The notes beneath the pieces are model-generated. The model saw only the letters and a list, made by a program, of their open reading frames with translations, was not told where the DNA came from and did not search any database. Source: Bacteroidetes bacterium MED-G21 (lineage in GTDB: Bacteria > Bacteroidota > Bacteroidia > Flavobacteriales > UBA7430). Taken from it: a DNA stretch of 62,882 bases. This document shows, piece by piece, positions 9,799 through 19,076 of the stretch. The translations under genes were made by a program, and so were the position numbers. The stretch spans positions 1-62,882 of the forward strand of contig NTKG01000002.1 in NCBI GenBank assembly GCA_002457305.1. Reading direction: 5' to 3'. How positions within the stretch are numbered: position 1 is the first letter of the stretch; the number at the start of each line of letters is the position of its first letter.

Positions 9799-9978
9799 TT
9801 AATTGTTTACAATTTTAAAAGGCTCTATTAATCTTGATTTTATAACGTTAACAGATTTTGCATAATCAAGAACAAACCTTAATGTTTTATCTGATGGTTT
9901 AGTTCTAATTTTAGCATCTTTATTTTTTCCGGAATCAGACAGTCCAGATCTGTCATCGAGTGTAGTTGTTTTCGCCAT
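9799..9978 (-). CDS. Small hydrophilic hypothetical protein (59 aa) downstream of the ECF sigma factor
   Basis: ATG at 9978 gives MAKTTTLDDRSGLSDSGKNKDAKIRTKPSDKTLRFVLDYAKSVNVIKSRLIEPFKIVNN. The longer ORF-track start would overlap the sigma gene. No family recognised. Confidence 0.4.
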   Translation of the reverse strand: MAKTTTLDDRSGLSDSGKNKDAKIRTKPSDKTLRFVLDYAKSVNVIKSRLIEPFKIVNN

Positions 9979-10022
9979 ATAAATCCTTTTTATTTGTTTA
10001 TATAACGACCTATTACTGATGT

Positions 10023-10610
10023 TTATTGTAAAACCCAATTGATATTATATTTTTCTTTAAGTTTTCTTAAATTAATTAGAGCATAACGCATTCTACCAAG
10101 TGCTGTATTAATACTTATACCACACTCCTCAGAAATTTCTTTAAAAGTCATTCCAGAATAATAACGCATCTGCACAACTTCTCTCTGCTCATCAGACAAG
10201 TAAGTAACTAAATCTTTGACTTCATTAAAAACCTGCATATTAATTACATCAGACTCTACACAATCAACCTCTTCACCCAAAGTATTAAAAATATCATACT
10301 CATCACTCGGTCGAATCATTTTAACTCTAGCCTCTCTTCGAAAATGGTCAATAACCATATTATGAGAAATTCGCATGACCCAAGAAATAAACTTCCCCTC
10401 TTCATTATATCGACCTTCACGAAGTTTATTAATAACCTTAATAAATACATCTTGAAAAATATCATTTGCCAGATCTACATCCTTAACTTTAGATATAATA
10501 AATCGAAAGATCTTGTCTTTGTGTCGAATAATTAAATGTTCAATAGATAAAGAATCACCTGATAAAAAAGCACTAACAAGTTGTTGATCAGAAAAATTTT
10601 GCGCACGCAT
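10023..10610 (-). CDS. RNA polymerase sigma-70 family factor, ECF-like
   Basis: Region 2 DIFQDVFIKVINKL...FISWVMRISHNMVIDHFRRE and region 4 EQREVVQMRYYSGMTFKEISEECGISINTALGRMRYALINLRK. Confidence 0.85.
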   Translation of the reverse strand: MRAQNFSDQQLVSAFLSGDSLSIEHLIIRHKDKIFRFIISKVKDVDLANDIFQDVFIKVINKLREGRYNEEGKFISWVMRISHNMVIDHFRREARVKMIRPSDEYDIFNTLGEEVDCVESDVINMQVFNEVKDLVTYLSDEQREVVQMRYYSGMTFKEISEECGISINTALGRMRYALINLRKLKEKYNINWVLQ

Positions 10611-10758
10611 AAGCTACCATTTAGGTTAAACATTAATAAAATGTAATAGGTAGAAATGCTTCTATAGGCAATAATATTTGGTTAGTAATTGTTCTGTAAA
10701 TATACACATTTTCAATAATCATACCAAAACTTTAAATGTTAAGCTCAGTTAAATTTCA

Positions 10759-10766
10759 TAATTTTG
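10759..10766 (+). promoter_or_regulatory. Bacteroidota-type -7 box (TAATTTTG) for uvrA
   Basis: TAnnTTTG match 25 nt upstream of ATG 10792. Confidence 0.4.
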
Positions 10767-10791
10767 CGTTTTTGCAATACATAAAGTGTAT

Positions 10792-13590
10792 ATGAAAGAA
10801 TTTGATAGGCTTGATTCGAAAGATCACATCCTTATAAAGGGAGCTAGACTTCACAATCTTAAAAATATTGATTTAGCAATTCCCCGCAATAAATTTGTTG
10901 TAATTACTGGACTTTCAGGCTCAGGTAAATCAAGCTTGGCTTTCGACACACTTTATGCTGAAGGACAAAGAAGATATGTAGAAAGCCTTTCTTCTTATGC
11001 ACGTCAATTTTTAGGTAGATTAAACAAACCTAAAGTCGAAAGCATAAAAGGAATTTCTCCTGCCATTGCCATAGAACAGAAAGTAAACTCTAAGAATCCT
11101 CGCTCGACCGTTGGGACGAGTACTGAGATATACGATTACATAAAACTACTCTTTGCTAGAATTGGTAAAACCTATTCTCCAATTTCGGGAAAAGAAGTTA
11201 AAAAACATAGCATTCAAGATGTCGTAGACTTCATTTCAAAAAAAGATATAGGATCAAAATTCTACATTCTTGCACCAACTAATAATGATAAAAAAGATCA
11301 GAAACTCTATCTACAAATGCTCCTTCAACAAGGCTACCAAAGATTAAAATACGGAGATGACATATTACGAATTGAAGACATTTTAAATGAAGAAATGAAT
11401 TTGAGTTCTGATTTCCATTTACTGATTGATCGTTTAAGTGTTAACAATAATATTAGTGAACGATTAGCTGATTCTATACAAACTGCTTTTCATGAAGGAA
11501 AAGGAGAATGTACGATAGAATTTTTCAATTCTAAGGATATTCAAACATTTAACAATCGTTTTGAATTAGATGGAATTAAATTTGAGCAACCAAGCATCCA
11601 TCTTTTCACATTTAATAATCCTGTTGGAGCGTGTAAAACCTGTGAAGGCTTCGGTAACATCATGGGAATTGATCAAGATTTAGTGATCCCTAATACAGGA
11701 CTATCTATTTATGAAGATGCCATTGCATGTTGGAGAGGAGAAAAGCTTAGTAAATATAAAGAAGACATCATTTTTAATGCTGAAAAATGGAATATTCCAA
11801 TTCACAAACCTTATTTCAAGCTTTCGAAAAAACAAAAACACTTCTTATGGGAAGGAGATAAGGATTTTAAGGGAATCAATCCATTTTTCGCTCAACTAGA
11901 AAAGAAAAATTATAAGATTCAAAATCGCGTTTTATTATCTAGGTACAGAGGCAAAACAAAATGTCCAGAATGTGATGGAAAACGATTGCGAACGGAAGCT
12001 GAATTTGTGAAAATTGCTGGATATTCAATTTTCGACATCATAGACCTTCCAATAGACGAGCTTCGTAATATATTCGATAACTTAAAATTAAATAAACACG
12101 AAGCAAAAATAGCAAGTCGAATACTTACAGAAATTAAAAATCGTATTCAATTCTTAATGGATGTGGGTCTAAATTATTTAACTTTAAATCGACGATCTTC
12201 GTCACTATCAGGAGGAGAATCTCAACGAATAAACTTAGCAACTTCATTAGGAAGTAGTCTAGTTGGTTCTATGTACATTTTAGATGAACCAAGTATTGGA
12301 CTTCACTCAAAAGATACAGAAAGACTCATAAAAATACTTCGTTCACTTAGAGATATAGGCAATACAGTGATTGTTGTTGAACATGATGAAGACATTATCA
12401 AAGCTGCGGACTTAGTTGTTGACATAGGACCTAAAGCTGGAATACATGGAGGGGAACTAATGTTTAGAGGAACTTTTAAAGAAATCGAAAAAGAAAAAGA
12501 TAGTCTTACAGCACAGTATTTAAATGGTAATATAAATATCAAAATACCAAAAAAAAGAAACTTTACAAATACAATAGAAATTAACGGTGCTCGTCAGCAT
12601 AATCTTAAAAATATTAATGTCAAAATACCTTTAAATGCACTAACGGTTGTCAGTGGAGTAAGTGGTTCTGGAAAAAGTAGTCTAATAAAAAATATATTAT
12701 ACCCAGCCTTAGTTAAAAAACTAGGTGGTTATGGTCCAAAAGCCGGTCAATTTGACTCCTTAACTGGAAATCTGAAAAATATTTCTGCTGTAGAATTTAT
12801 AGATCAAAATCCGATTGGGAAATCGTCTCGATCTAACCCAGTAACTTACATTAAAGCATATGATGATATAAGAAATCTATACGCAAAACAATCACTATCA
12901 AGTGCAAGAGCTTATAAAGCAAAACACTTTTCCTTTAACACCGATGGCGGTCGTTGCGAACATTGTTCTGGAGAGGGCGAAGTAACTATAGAAATGCAAT
13001 TCATGGCAAACGTTCATCTTGAATGTGAGCACTGCAAAGGCAAACGTTTTAAAGATGAAATTCTTGATGTAAAATTCCAAAATAAAAATATTGCCGATAT
13101 TTTAAACATGACCATTAATGAATCCATTGAATTCTTCCAAAAAGCAGAACAAACAAAAATTTCAAAACGACTTGAACCACTTCAAGATGTTGGCCTGGGT
13201 TACATTCATTTAGGTCAATCATCATCTACATTAAGTGGCGGAGAGGCTCAAAGAGTAAAATTAGCTTCCTTTTTAGGAAAAGGAAAAAGAGAGGGACAAC
13301 AGTTTTTTATTTTTGATGAGCCTACTACAGGCTTACATTTTCATGACATTAAAAAGCTATTAGAATCATTTAATGCACTCATCGAAAATGGACATACTAT
13401 TTTAGTTATTGAGCACAACCAAGATGTCATTAAATGCGCCGATTGGCTAATTGACCTTGGAAAAGAAGGGGGAAATAAAGGAGGTGAACTTATCTTTCAA
13501 GGATTACCAGAAGACATTGTCAATTGTAAGAAAAGTGCCACAGGTCAATTTTTAAAAGAAAAGTTTAAACATTTAACTGCTAAACTGTAA
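10792..13590 (+). CDS. uvrA: Excinuclease ABC subunit A
   Basis: [58 protein letters not shown], two ABC modules and Zn modules [16 protein letters not shown] and CEHCSGEG...[11 protein letters not shown] 10792 is preferred over GTG 10786. Confidence 0.95.
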   Translation: MKEFDRLDSKDHILIKGARLHNLKNIDLAIPRNKFVVITGLSGSGKSSLAFDTLYAEGQRRYVESLSSYARQFLGRLNKPKVESIKGISPAIAIEQKVNSKNPRSTVGTSTEIYDYIKLLFARIGKTYSPISGKEVKKHSIQDVVDFISKKDIGSKFYILAPTNNDKKDQKLYLQMLLQQGYQRLKYGDDILRIEDILNEEMNLSSDFHLLIDRLSVNNNISERLADSIQTAFHEGKGECTIEFFNSKDIQTFNNRFELDGIKFEQPSIHLFTFNNPVGACKTCEGFGNIMGIDQDLVIPNTGLSIYEDAIACWRGEKLSKYKEDIIFNAEKWNIPIHKPYFKLSKKQKHFLWEGDKDFKGINPFFAQLEKKNYKIQNRVLLSRYRGKTKCPECDGKRLRTEAEFVKIAGYSIFDIIDLPIDELRNIFDNLKLNKHEAKIASRILTEIKNRIQFLMDVGLNYLTLNRRSSSLSGGESQRINLATSLGSSLVGSMYILDEPSIGLHSKDTERLIKILRSLRDIGNTVIVVEHDEDIIKAADLVVDIGPKAGIHGGELMFRGTFKEIEKEKDSLTAQYLNGNINIKIPKKRNFTNTIEINGARQHNLKNINVKIPLNALTVVSGVSGSGKSSLIKNILYPALVKKLGGYGPKAGQFDSLTGNLKNISAVEFIDQNPIGKSSRSNPVTYIKAYDDIRNLYAKQSLSSARAYKAKHFSFNTDGGRCEHCSGEGEVTIEMQFMANVHLECEHCKGKRFKDEILDVKFQNKNIADILNMTINESIEFFQKAEQTKISKRLEPLQDVGLGYIHLGQSSSTLSGGEAQRVKLASFLGKGKREGQQFFIFDEPTTGLHFHDIKKLLESFNALIENGHTILVIEHNQDVIKCADWLIDLGKEGGNKGGELIFQGLPEDIVNCKKSATGQFLKEKFKHLTAKL

Positions 13591-15336
13591 CTCAAACAAT
13601 CTACTGTAATACCCTTTTTGTTCTAACAAATCTATATGTGTTCCTGATTCTACTATTCGACCTTGATCCATTACCAATATCTTATCCGCATTTTGAATGG
13701 TAGCTAATCGATGTGCTATAATAATCGAGGTTCTCCCATCTGTTAACTTACTAATTGACTGCTTAATCAAATCTTCTGTTTGAATATCTACTGATGAAGT
13801 AGCTTCATCTAAAATTAACACATTTGGATTACATACATAGGCACGTAAAAAGGCTATTAATTGTCGCTGACCTGCTGACAACATAACACCTCTTTCTCGC
13901 ACATTATAATGATAAGCGCCAGGTAACTGCTCAATAAAATCTTCTAACCCTATAGCTTTAGCTGCATCACGAACCTCCTTAATAGAAATCTCTTTATCTA
14001 AAACGATATTTTTATAAATGGTATCTGAAAACAAAAACACATCCTGTAAGACCAGAGCTATATGACTTCTAAGCGATTGGATATTATACTGCATAATGTC
14101 TTTACCATCCAATAAAATGGTTCCTGAATCAACATTATAAAAACGTAAAATCAAATTAATAATGGAACTTTTACCAGCACCTGTTGCCCCAACCAACGCA
14201 ATAGTTTGACCGGCTTGTACTTCGAAATTGATATCATTTAAAACAGGCTCTTCATCGATGTAAGAAAAATGAACTCGATCAAACTTTAAATGACCTTGAA
14301 CCTCATGAATCATTAAATCCCCATCAGAATTTACAAACTCATTAGTATCTAACACTTTAAACACCCTATTAGATGCAACAATCCCCCTTTGTAAAACATT
14401 TATCCGGTCTGCTAAATGTCTAACAGGCCTAAATAGCATATTAATTAAAAGGATAAAAGCCATCATTAAACCTAATGTTACACCACCTTCTGATAACATA
14501 TCCATTCCACTATACCAGACCATAGACCCTAATGCAATAGCACTCATAACTTCTATAACTGGAAGAAATATAGAAAAATGCCATATAGCCTTTATAGTAG
14601 CTGATCGAAAAGTAGCATTTGTCTTCTTAAAATTATCTAACTCTTGCGACTCTTGATTAAAAATTTGAACAATTTTCATTCCTGTAATATGCTCTTGCAC
14701 AAACGTATTTAATTTAGAAATAGCTGATCTCTCATCTTCAAAAGCACTTTTCATTGCTCTCTGAAAATACTTGGTAGCCCATATAAGTAAAGGGAAAACC
14801 GATAAAGAAATTATGCTTAACATCACATTACTTGAAAACATCCATACTACAATGATGACAATCTTAAAAAGGTCGCTAAAAATAACCAAAACGCCATGTG
14901 AAAAAATTTCTGAAATGCTTTCAATATCAGAGACACATCGAGTTACCAATGCTCCAATAGGTGTATTATCAAAATATTTTAAACGAAAAGATAAAATCTT
15001 TTTATAAAGCTGCTCTCTAATATCCTTAATAACAGATTGACCAATCCAATTTGCTGCATACATAAAAAGAAACTGAAAAATAGATTCTAATAAAAGTAAA
15101 CCAATCATTATGAGGGTATACTTCAATAACATTTCTGGATCCTTACCTATAATGAAATGATCAACTGTATATTCAATAATGATGGGTCTAGAAATAGAGA
15201 GCACCCCTAGAGAAATACTAAAAAAAATGCTTGCAAAAAAAATAAATTTGTACGGCTTTACAAAGCGCATAACTCTAGACAAGAGTTTAACATCAATAAT
15301 ATGTTCTTTTTTAACTGTTGCCATCCAACAATTCAT
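13573..15336 (-). CDS. ABC transporter, fused permease/ATP-binding subunit (MsbA/multidrug exporter type)
   Basis: Six-TM N-terminal half, then GATGAGKSS Walker A, LSAGQRQLIAFLRA signature and VLILDEATSSVD Walker B. An alternative ATG at 15324 (MATVKKEH) is equally possible. Confidence 0.85.
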   Translation of the reverse strand: MNCWMATVKKEHIIDVKLLSRVMRFVKPYKFIFFASIFFSISLGVLSISRPIIIEYTVDHFIIGKDPEMLLKYTLIMIGLLLLESIFQFLFMYAANWIGQSVIKDIREQLYKKILSFRLKYFDNTPIGALVTRCVSDIESISEIFSHGVLVIFSDLFKIVIIVVWMFSSNVMLSIISLSVFPLLIWATKYFQRAMKSAFEDERSAISKLNTFVQEHITGMKIVQIFNQESQELDNFKKTNATFRSATIKAIWHFSIFLPVIEVMSAIALGSMVWYSGMDMLSEGGVTLGLMMAFILLINMLFRPVRHLADRINVLQRGIVASNRVFKVLDTNEFVNSDGDLMIHEVQGHLKFDRVHFSYIDEEPVLNDINFEVQAGQTIALVGATGAGKSSIINLILRFYNVDSGTILLDGKDIMQYNIQSLRSHIALVLQDVFLFSDTIYKNIVLDKEISIKEVRDAAKAIGLEDFIEQLPGAYHYNVRERGVMLSAGQRQLIAFLRAYVCNPNVLILDEATSSVDIQTEDLIKQSISKLTDGRTSIIIAHRLATIQNADKILVMDQGRIVESGTHIDLLEQKGYYSRLFELQFSS

Positions 15337-16063
15337 TCGGATAATTAATACTCAAAAGATAAAGACCTTTTGCTGGAGCAGAAACACCAGCAGCACTTCG
15401 ATCCATTTTAGCAACGATATCTTTAAACTCATTCACTGTTATTTTACCTTTCCCTACATCTACTAGTGTACCTACAATAGCTCTAACCATATTCCTTAGA
15501 AAACGATCTGCTTCAATCGAAAAGACCCATATATCACCTCTTTGCTCCCATACAGCTTTTCGCACATCACAAATATGTGTATTCACATCAGTATGCAACT
15601 TTGAAAAACTTGTAAAATCATTCACCTCAAGCAAAAACTCAGCAGCAACATTCATTACATGAAAATCTAATTTACTGTACATCAACCAAGTTGCATCTTT
15701 TAAAAAAGGATTTTTATGCTGACACAACCAATATTCATAAACTCTTGCTGTTGCATCAAAGCGAGCGTGAGCATTATCTGACACAAGAAAAATAGATTTA
15801 ATATGAATCGCACCACAGAGATAAGAATTTAATCGATACTGTATGTTTTCACAATCTAATATTTGATCAGTATCAAAATGAGCATACATCTGTTTCGCAT
15901 GAACTCCAGCATCTGTTCTTCCTGCGCCTAAAACACAAATCTCTTCTTTTAATAACATTGAGAGACCTTTATTAACTCTTTCTTGAACAGTTACAGCATT
16001 GGGCTGAACTTGCCATCCATGAAAATCTGTTCCCTTATATGCTAAACTGATAAAATACCTCAT
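15311..16063 (-). CDS. truA: tRNA pseudouridine(38-40) synthase
   Basis: MRYFISLAYKGTDFHGWQVQPN...GAGRTDAGVHA catalytic Asp motif. Confidence 0.93.
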   Translation of the reverse strand: MRYFISLAYKGTDFHGWQVQPNAVTVQERVNKGLSMLLKEEICVLGAGRTDAGVHAKQMYAHFDTDQILDCENIQYRLNSYLCGAIHIKSIFLVSDNAHARFDATARVYEYWLCQHKNPFLKDATWLMYSKLDFHVMNVAAEFLLEVNDFTSFSKLHTDVNTHICDVRKAVWEQRGDIWVFSIEADRFLRNMVRAIVGTLVDVGKGKITVNEFKDIVAKMDRSAAGVSAPAKGLYLLSINYPNELLDGNS

Positions 16064-16079
16064 TAAGCTCTATTTTCAA

Positions 16080-16087
16080 CAAAAATA
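16080..16087 (-). promoter_or_regulatory. Bacteroidota-type -7 box (TATTTTTG on minus strand) for truA
   Basis: Plus-strand caaaaata, 16 nt upstream of ATG 16063. Confidence 0.4.
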
Positions 16088-16186
16088 AACGAAAGAGTTG
16101 AATGATGAATACTGAATACATTAAATTGCATACTCAAATTTTAATTTAAAATTAAATAGTCTTTTAAATACGCTTGTAAAACTAAA

Positions 16187-16681
16187 ATGACACGAATTGG
16201 ACTACTATCAGATACCCACTCTTTTTTAGACCCTGCTGTACTTAAACATTTTAAAAAATGTAATGAAATATGGCACGCTGGAGATATAGGTGATGTATCG
16301 GTTTTAGATCAGCTTAAAGCATTTAAACCTACTAGAGCTGTTTATGGCAACATCGATTCGCACATTATTAGAAAAGAGTGCCCACTTCACCAACGTTTTA
16401 CATGTGAAGATGTTGATGTATGGATTACGCATATAGGTGGATACCCTAAGCGATATAGCCCTTCTATTCGCAAAGAAATAATAACAAATCCTCCTAAACT
16501 TTTTATTAGTGGACACTCCCATATTCTTAAAGTGATGTACGACAAACAACTATCCTTACTTCACATGAACCCTGGCGCCGCTGGGAAAAACGGGTTCCAT
16601 AAGGTCAGAACCATACTAAGATTTACAATTGATGGTAAAGAAATAAAAGACTTAGAAGTTATTGAGTTGGATAAGCGCTAA
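16187..16681 (+). CDS. Metallophosphoesterase, YfcE/MJ0936 family
   Basis: GLLSDTHS, WHAGDIG, GNIDS and SGHSHILKV metal-ligand motifs; 164 aa. Confidence 0.8.
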   Translation: MTRIGLLSDTHSFLDPAVLKHFKKCNEIWHAGDIGDVSVLDQLKAFKPTRAVYGNIDSHIIRKECPLHQRFTCEDVDVWITHIGGYPKRYSPSIRKEIITNPPKLFISGHSHILKVMYDKQLSLLHMNPGAAGKNGFHKVRTILRFTIDGKEIKDLEVIELDKR

Positions 16682-17076
16682 CGAATTCGATCTACAGATC
16701 GAACTAAATCGTCATCCTTTTTAACACCTCTATAGGCCATGATTAGTGCTATTAACGCAAATGCCATAAGAAATAACAAGGAGTTATTTAAAACAACCTC
16801 AAATTTATTAAACAGCATAAATAATCGAACTCCAATAATCATTTCAATTAAAACCGTTAATCGGATTAATTTCATTTGAAACTTGCGATTCTTGAACATG
16901 AACAAGCCTAATAAAGAAAATATAGCCCCGACAATTGTTAAAATAAACATCTTTGTATCATCTTGAGCCATAAACAAGGTCTCATTCAAAGTATAGACAG
17001 GGACTTTAAACGAGATTAAAGTCATGGAAATCGCAGCTACCAAGAAGTATATGGATTGGATTCTTTGTATCATCAT
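16678..17076 (-). CDS. Small integral membrane protein (DUF4293-like)
   Basis: MMIQRIQSIYFLVAAISM followed by four hydrophobic segments. The ORF-track start (17091) is a TTG that lies inside the -7 box; ATG 17076 or 17073 is preferred. Confidence 0.6.
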   Translation of the reverse strand: MMIQRIQSIYFLVAAISMTLISFKVPVYTLNETLFMAQDDTKMFILTIVGAIFSLLGLFMFKNRKFQMKLIRLTVLIEMIIGVRLFMLFNKFEVVLNNSLLFLMAFALIALIMAYRGVKKDDDLVRSVDRIR

Positions 17077-17088
17077 CAATATTTTAAG

Positions 17089-17096
17089 CAAAAATA
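17089..17096 (-). promoter_or_regulatory. Bacteroidota-type -7 box (TATTTTTG on minus strand) for the membrane protein gene
   Basis: Plus-strand caaaaata, 12 nt upstream of ATG 17076, which implies a very short leader. Confidence 0.35.
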
Positions 17097-17324
17097 AGAA
17101 GAATGACCATATAATATGAAATTGGAAACATAAAAATATTGTAAAAATTGATAAAATTCACATATTAAAAACAAGTATTTTATCTAAAAAAACAACTATA
17201 AAAAATATTATTCGTATTATTGTAGCTCAATCTTATTTGTAAAGAGAATAAAATCCACAAAATTTATTTCTACTAAGGTAAAAGCCTTCTTTTACTTCAT
17301 CTTATACAAAATATTCCGAAATCT

Positions 17325-19007
17325 ATGTATGACATATTAGAACTCAAAAGTAAATTACTTACTGATTTACAAGATATTGCTAAAAACTTGAGTGTCCCTA
17401 AATACAGATCACTTAAAAAAATGGACTTGATTTATCAAATTCTAGACGTTCAAGCCATAAATCCCAAAGCCACAAAAGAAAACAAAATAAATTCAAATAT
17501 ATCCCCATCAAAAAGCAAAACCAATCCCAATCAAAATATCAAGCCTGATAAACCTATGGAGGCATTAAATAAAAGCAAGCAAAACTCATCGAATTTAAGC
17601 AATGAAAAAACGGGTCATAATGAAACACTTAAACCTAAAGAAAGAGTGATGAGACCAAGAAGAAAAAATGAAACTCAATTAGAAAGAATTAAAAAGGCTC
17701 AAAATAAAGATTCGGACACAATTGAACAAAATCAAACAAAAAAAGCTGTTGAAACAACCGATACTACTCAAAAGAGTATACATCAAGAAAAGCACCATAA
17801 AGTAAACGAGAAACAACAAAGAAATCGTCAAAACCATCAACGCAACCAACACAACCGAAGAAACGAAAACAAGCCAAGTGTTGAATTTGAATTTGAAGGC
17901 ATTATTACAAGTGAGGGTGTCCTTGAAATCATGTCTGATGGCTACGGATTCTTAAGATCTTCAGACTATAACTACTTAAGCTCACCAGATGATATTTATG
18001 TTTCTCATTCTCAAATTAAACTTTTTGGATTAAAAACAGGTGATACTGTAAGAGGTGAAGTTCGCCCTCCAAAAGAAGGTGAAAAATATTTCCCACTCAC
18101 AAAAATTGAAAATATCAATGGAAGAGATCCTGGCTATGTAAGAGATCGTGTATCTTTTGAACACCTTACCCCATTATTTCCTGATGAAAAATTTAATATT
18201 GCAGAAAATAAAGCTGGTACGGCAGCCCGCATTATTGACTTATTCTCTCCTATTGGTAAAGGACAACGTGGATTAATTGTAGCACAACCAAAAACGGGTA
18301 AAACAGTACTATTAAAAGAAGTCGCAAATTCAATTGCTAAAAATCACCCAGAAGTATACATGATTGTACTGCTTATTGACGAAAGACCTGAAGAGGTTAC
18401 CGATATGGCTCGTACTGTTAATGCTGAAGTCGTTTCATCAACCTTTGATGAACCTGCAGACAGACATGTAAAAGTTGCCAATATCGTTCTTGAAAAAGCC
18501 AAAAGAATGGTTGAATGTGGTCATGATGTAGTCATTTTATTAGATTCTATTACACGTTTAGCACGTGCATACAACACAGTCTCTCCAGCTTCAGGTAAAG
18601 TACTTTCTGGAGGTATTGACGCCAATGCCTTACATAAACCAAAACGATTCTTTGGTGCGGCCCGGAATATTGAAAATGGAGGATCTTTAACTATTATTGC
18701 TACAGCTCTTGTTGACACAGGATCTAAAATGGATGAAGTGATCTTTGAAGAATTTAAAGGTACAGGTAACATGGAAATGCAATTGGATAGAAAGATTTCC
18801 AACAAACGTATTTACCCTGCTATTGACTTGGTTAACTCAAGTACTCGAAGAGAAGATTTATTAATGGGTAAAGAAGAATTACAACGCATGTGGATCATGA
18901 GAAAGCATCTTGCTGATATGACTCCATTAGAAGCTATGGAATTCCTTAAAGACCGTATACAACGTACAGATAACAATGCTGAATTCCTTGTTTCGATGAA
19001 TGGATAA
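17325..19007 (+). CDS. rho: Transcription termination factor Rho with ~140-aa N-terminal insertion
   Basis: Rho_N helix bundle ([22 protein letters not shown]), RNA-binding [16 protein letters not shown], Walker [16 protein letters not shown] and [30 protein letters not shown]. 560 aa versus about 420 for E. coli Rho. Confidence 0.95.
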   Translation: MYDILELKSKLLTDLQDIAKNLSVPKYRSLKKMDLIYQILDVQAINPKATKENKINSNISPSKSKTNPNQNIKPDKPMEALNKSKQNSSNLSNEKTGHNETLKPKERVMRPRRKNETQLERIKKAQNKDSDTIEQNQTKKAVETTDTTQKSIHQEKHHKVNEKQQRNRQNHQRNQHNRRNENKPSVEFEFEGIITSEGVLEIMSDGYGFLRSSDYNYLSSPDDIYVSHSQIKLFGLKTGDTVRGEVRPPKEGEKYFPLTKIENINGRDPGYVRDRVSFEHLTPLFPDEKFNIAENKAGTAARIIDLFSPIGKGQRGLIVAQPKTGKTVLLKEVANSIAKNHPEVYMIVLLIDERPEEVTDMARTVNAEVVSSTFDEPADRHVKVANIVLEKAKRMVECGHDVVILLDSITRLARAYNTVSPASGKVLSGGIDANALHKPKRFFGAARNIENGGSLTIIATALVDTGSKMDEVIFEEFKGTGNMEMQLDRKISNKRIYPAIDLVNSSTRREDLLMGKEELQRMWIMRKHLADMTPLEAMEFLKDRIQRTDNNAEFLVSMNG

Positions 19008-19025
19008 GATATAAATTTAGTAGTT

Positions 19026-19060
19026 AAAAAAAGCCCACAAGTTATCGTGGGCTTTTTTTT
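19026..19060. terminator. Bidirectional rho-independent terminator between rho (+) and secA (-)
   Basis: Stem AGCCCAC (19032-19038), 8-nt loop, stem GTGGGCT (19047-19053), with an A-run upstream and T8 downstream. Confidence 0.65.
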
Positions 19061-19076
19061 ATAATATAATAATCAC

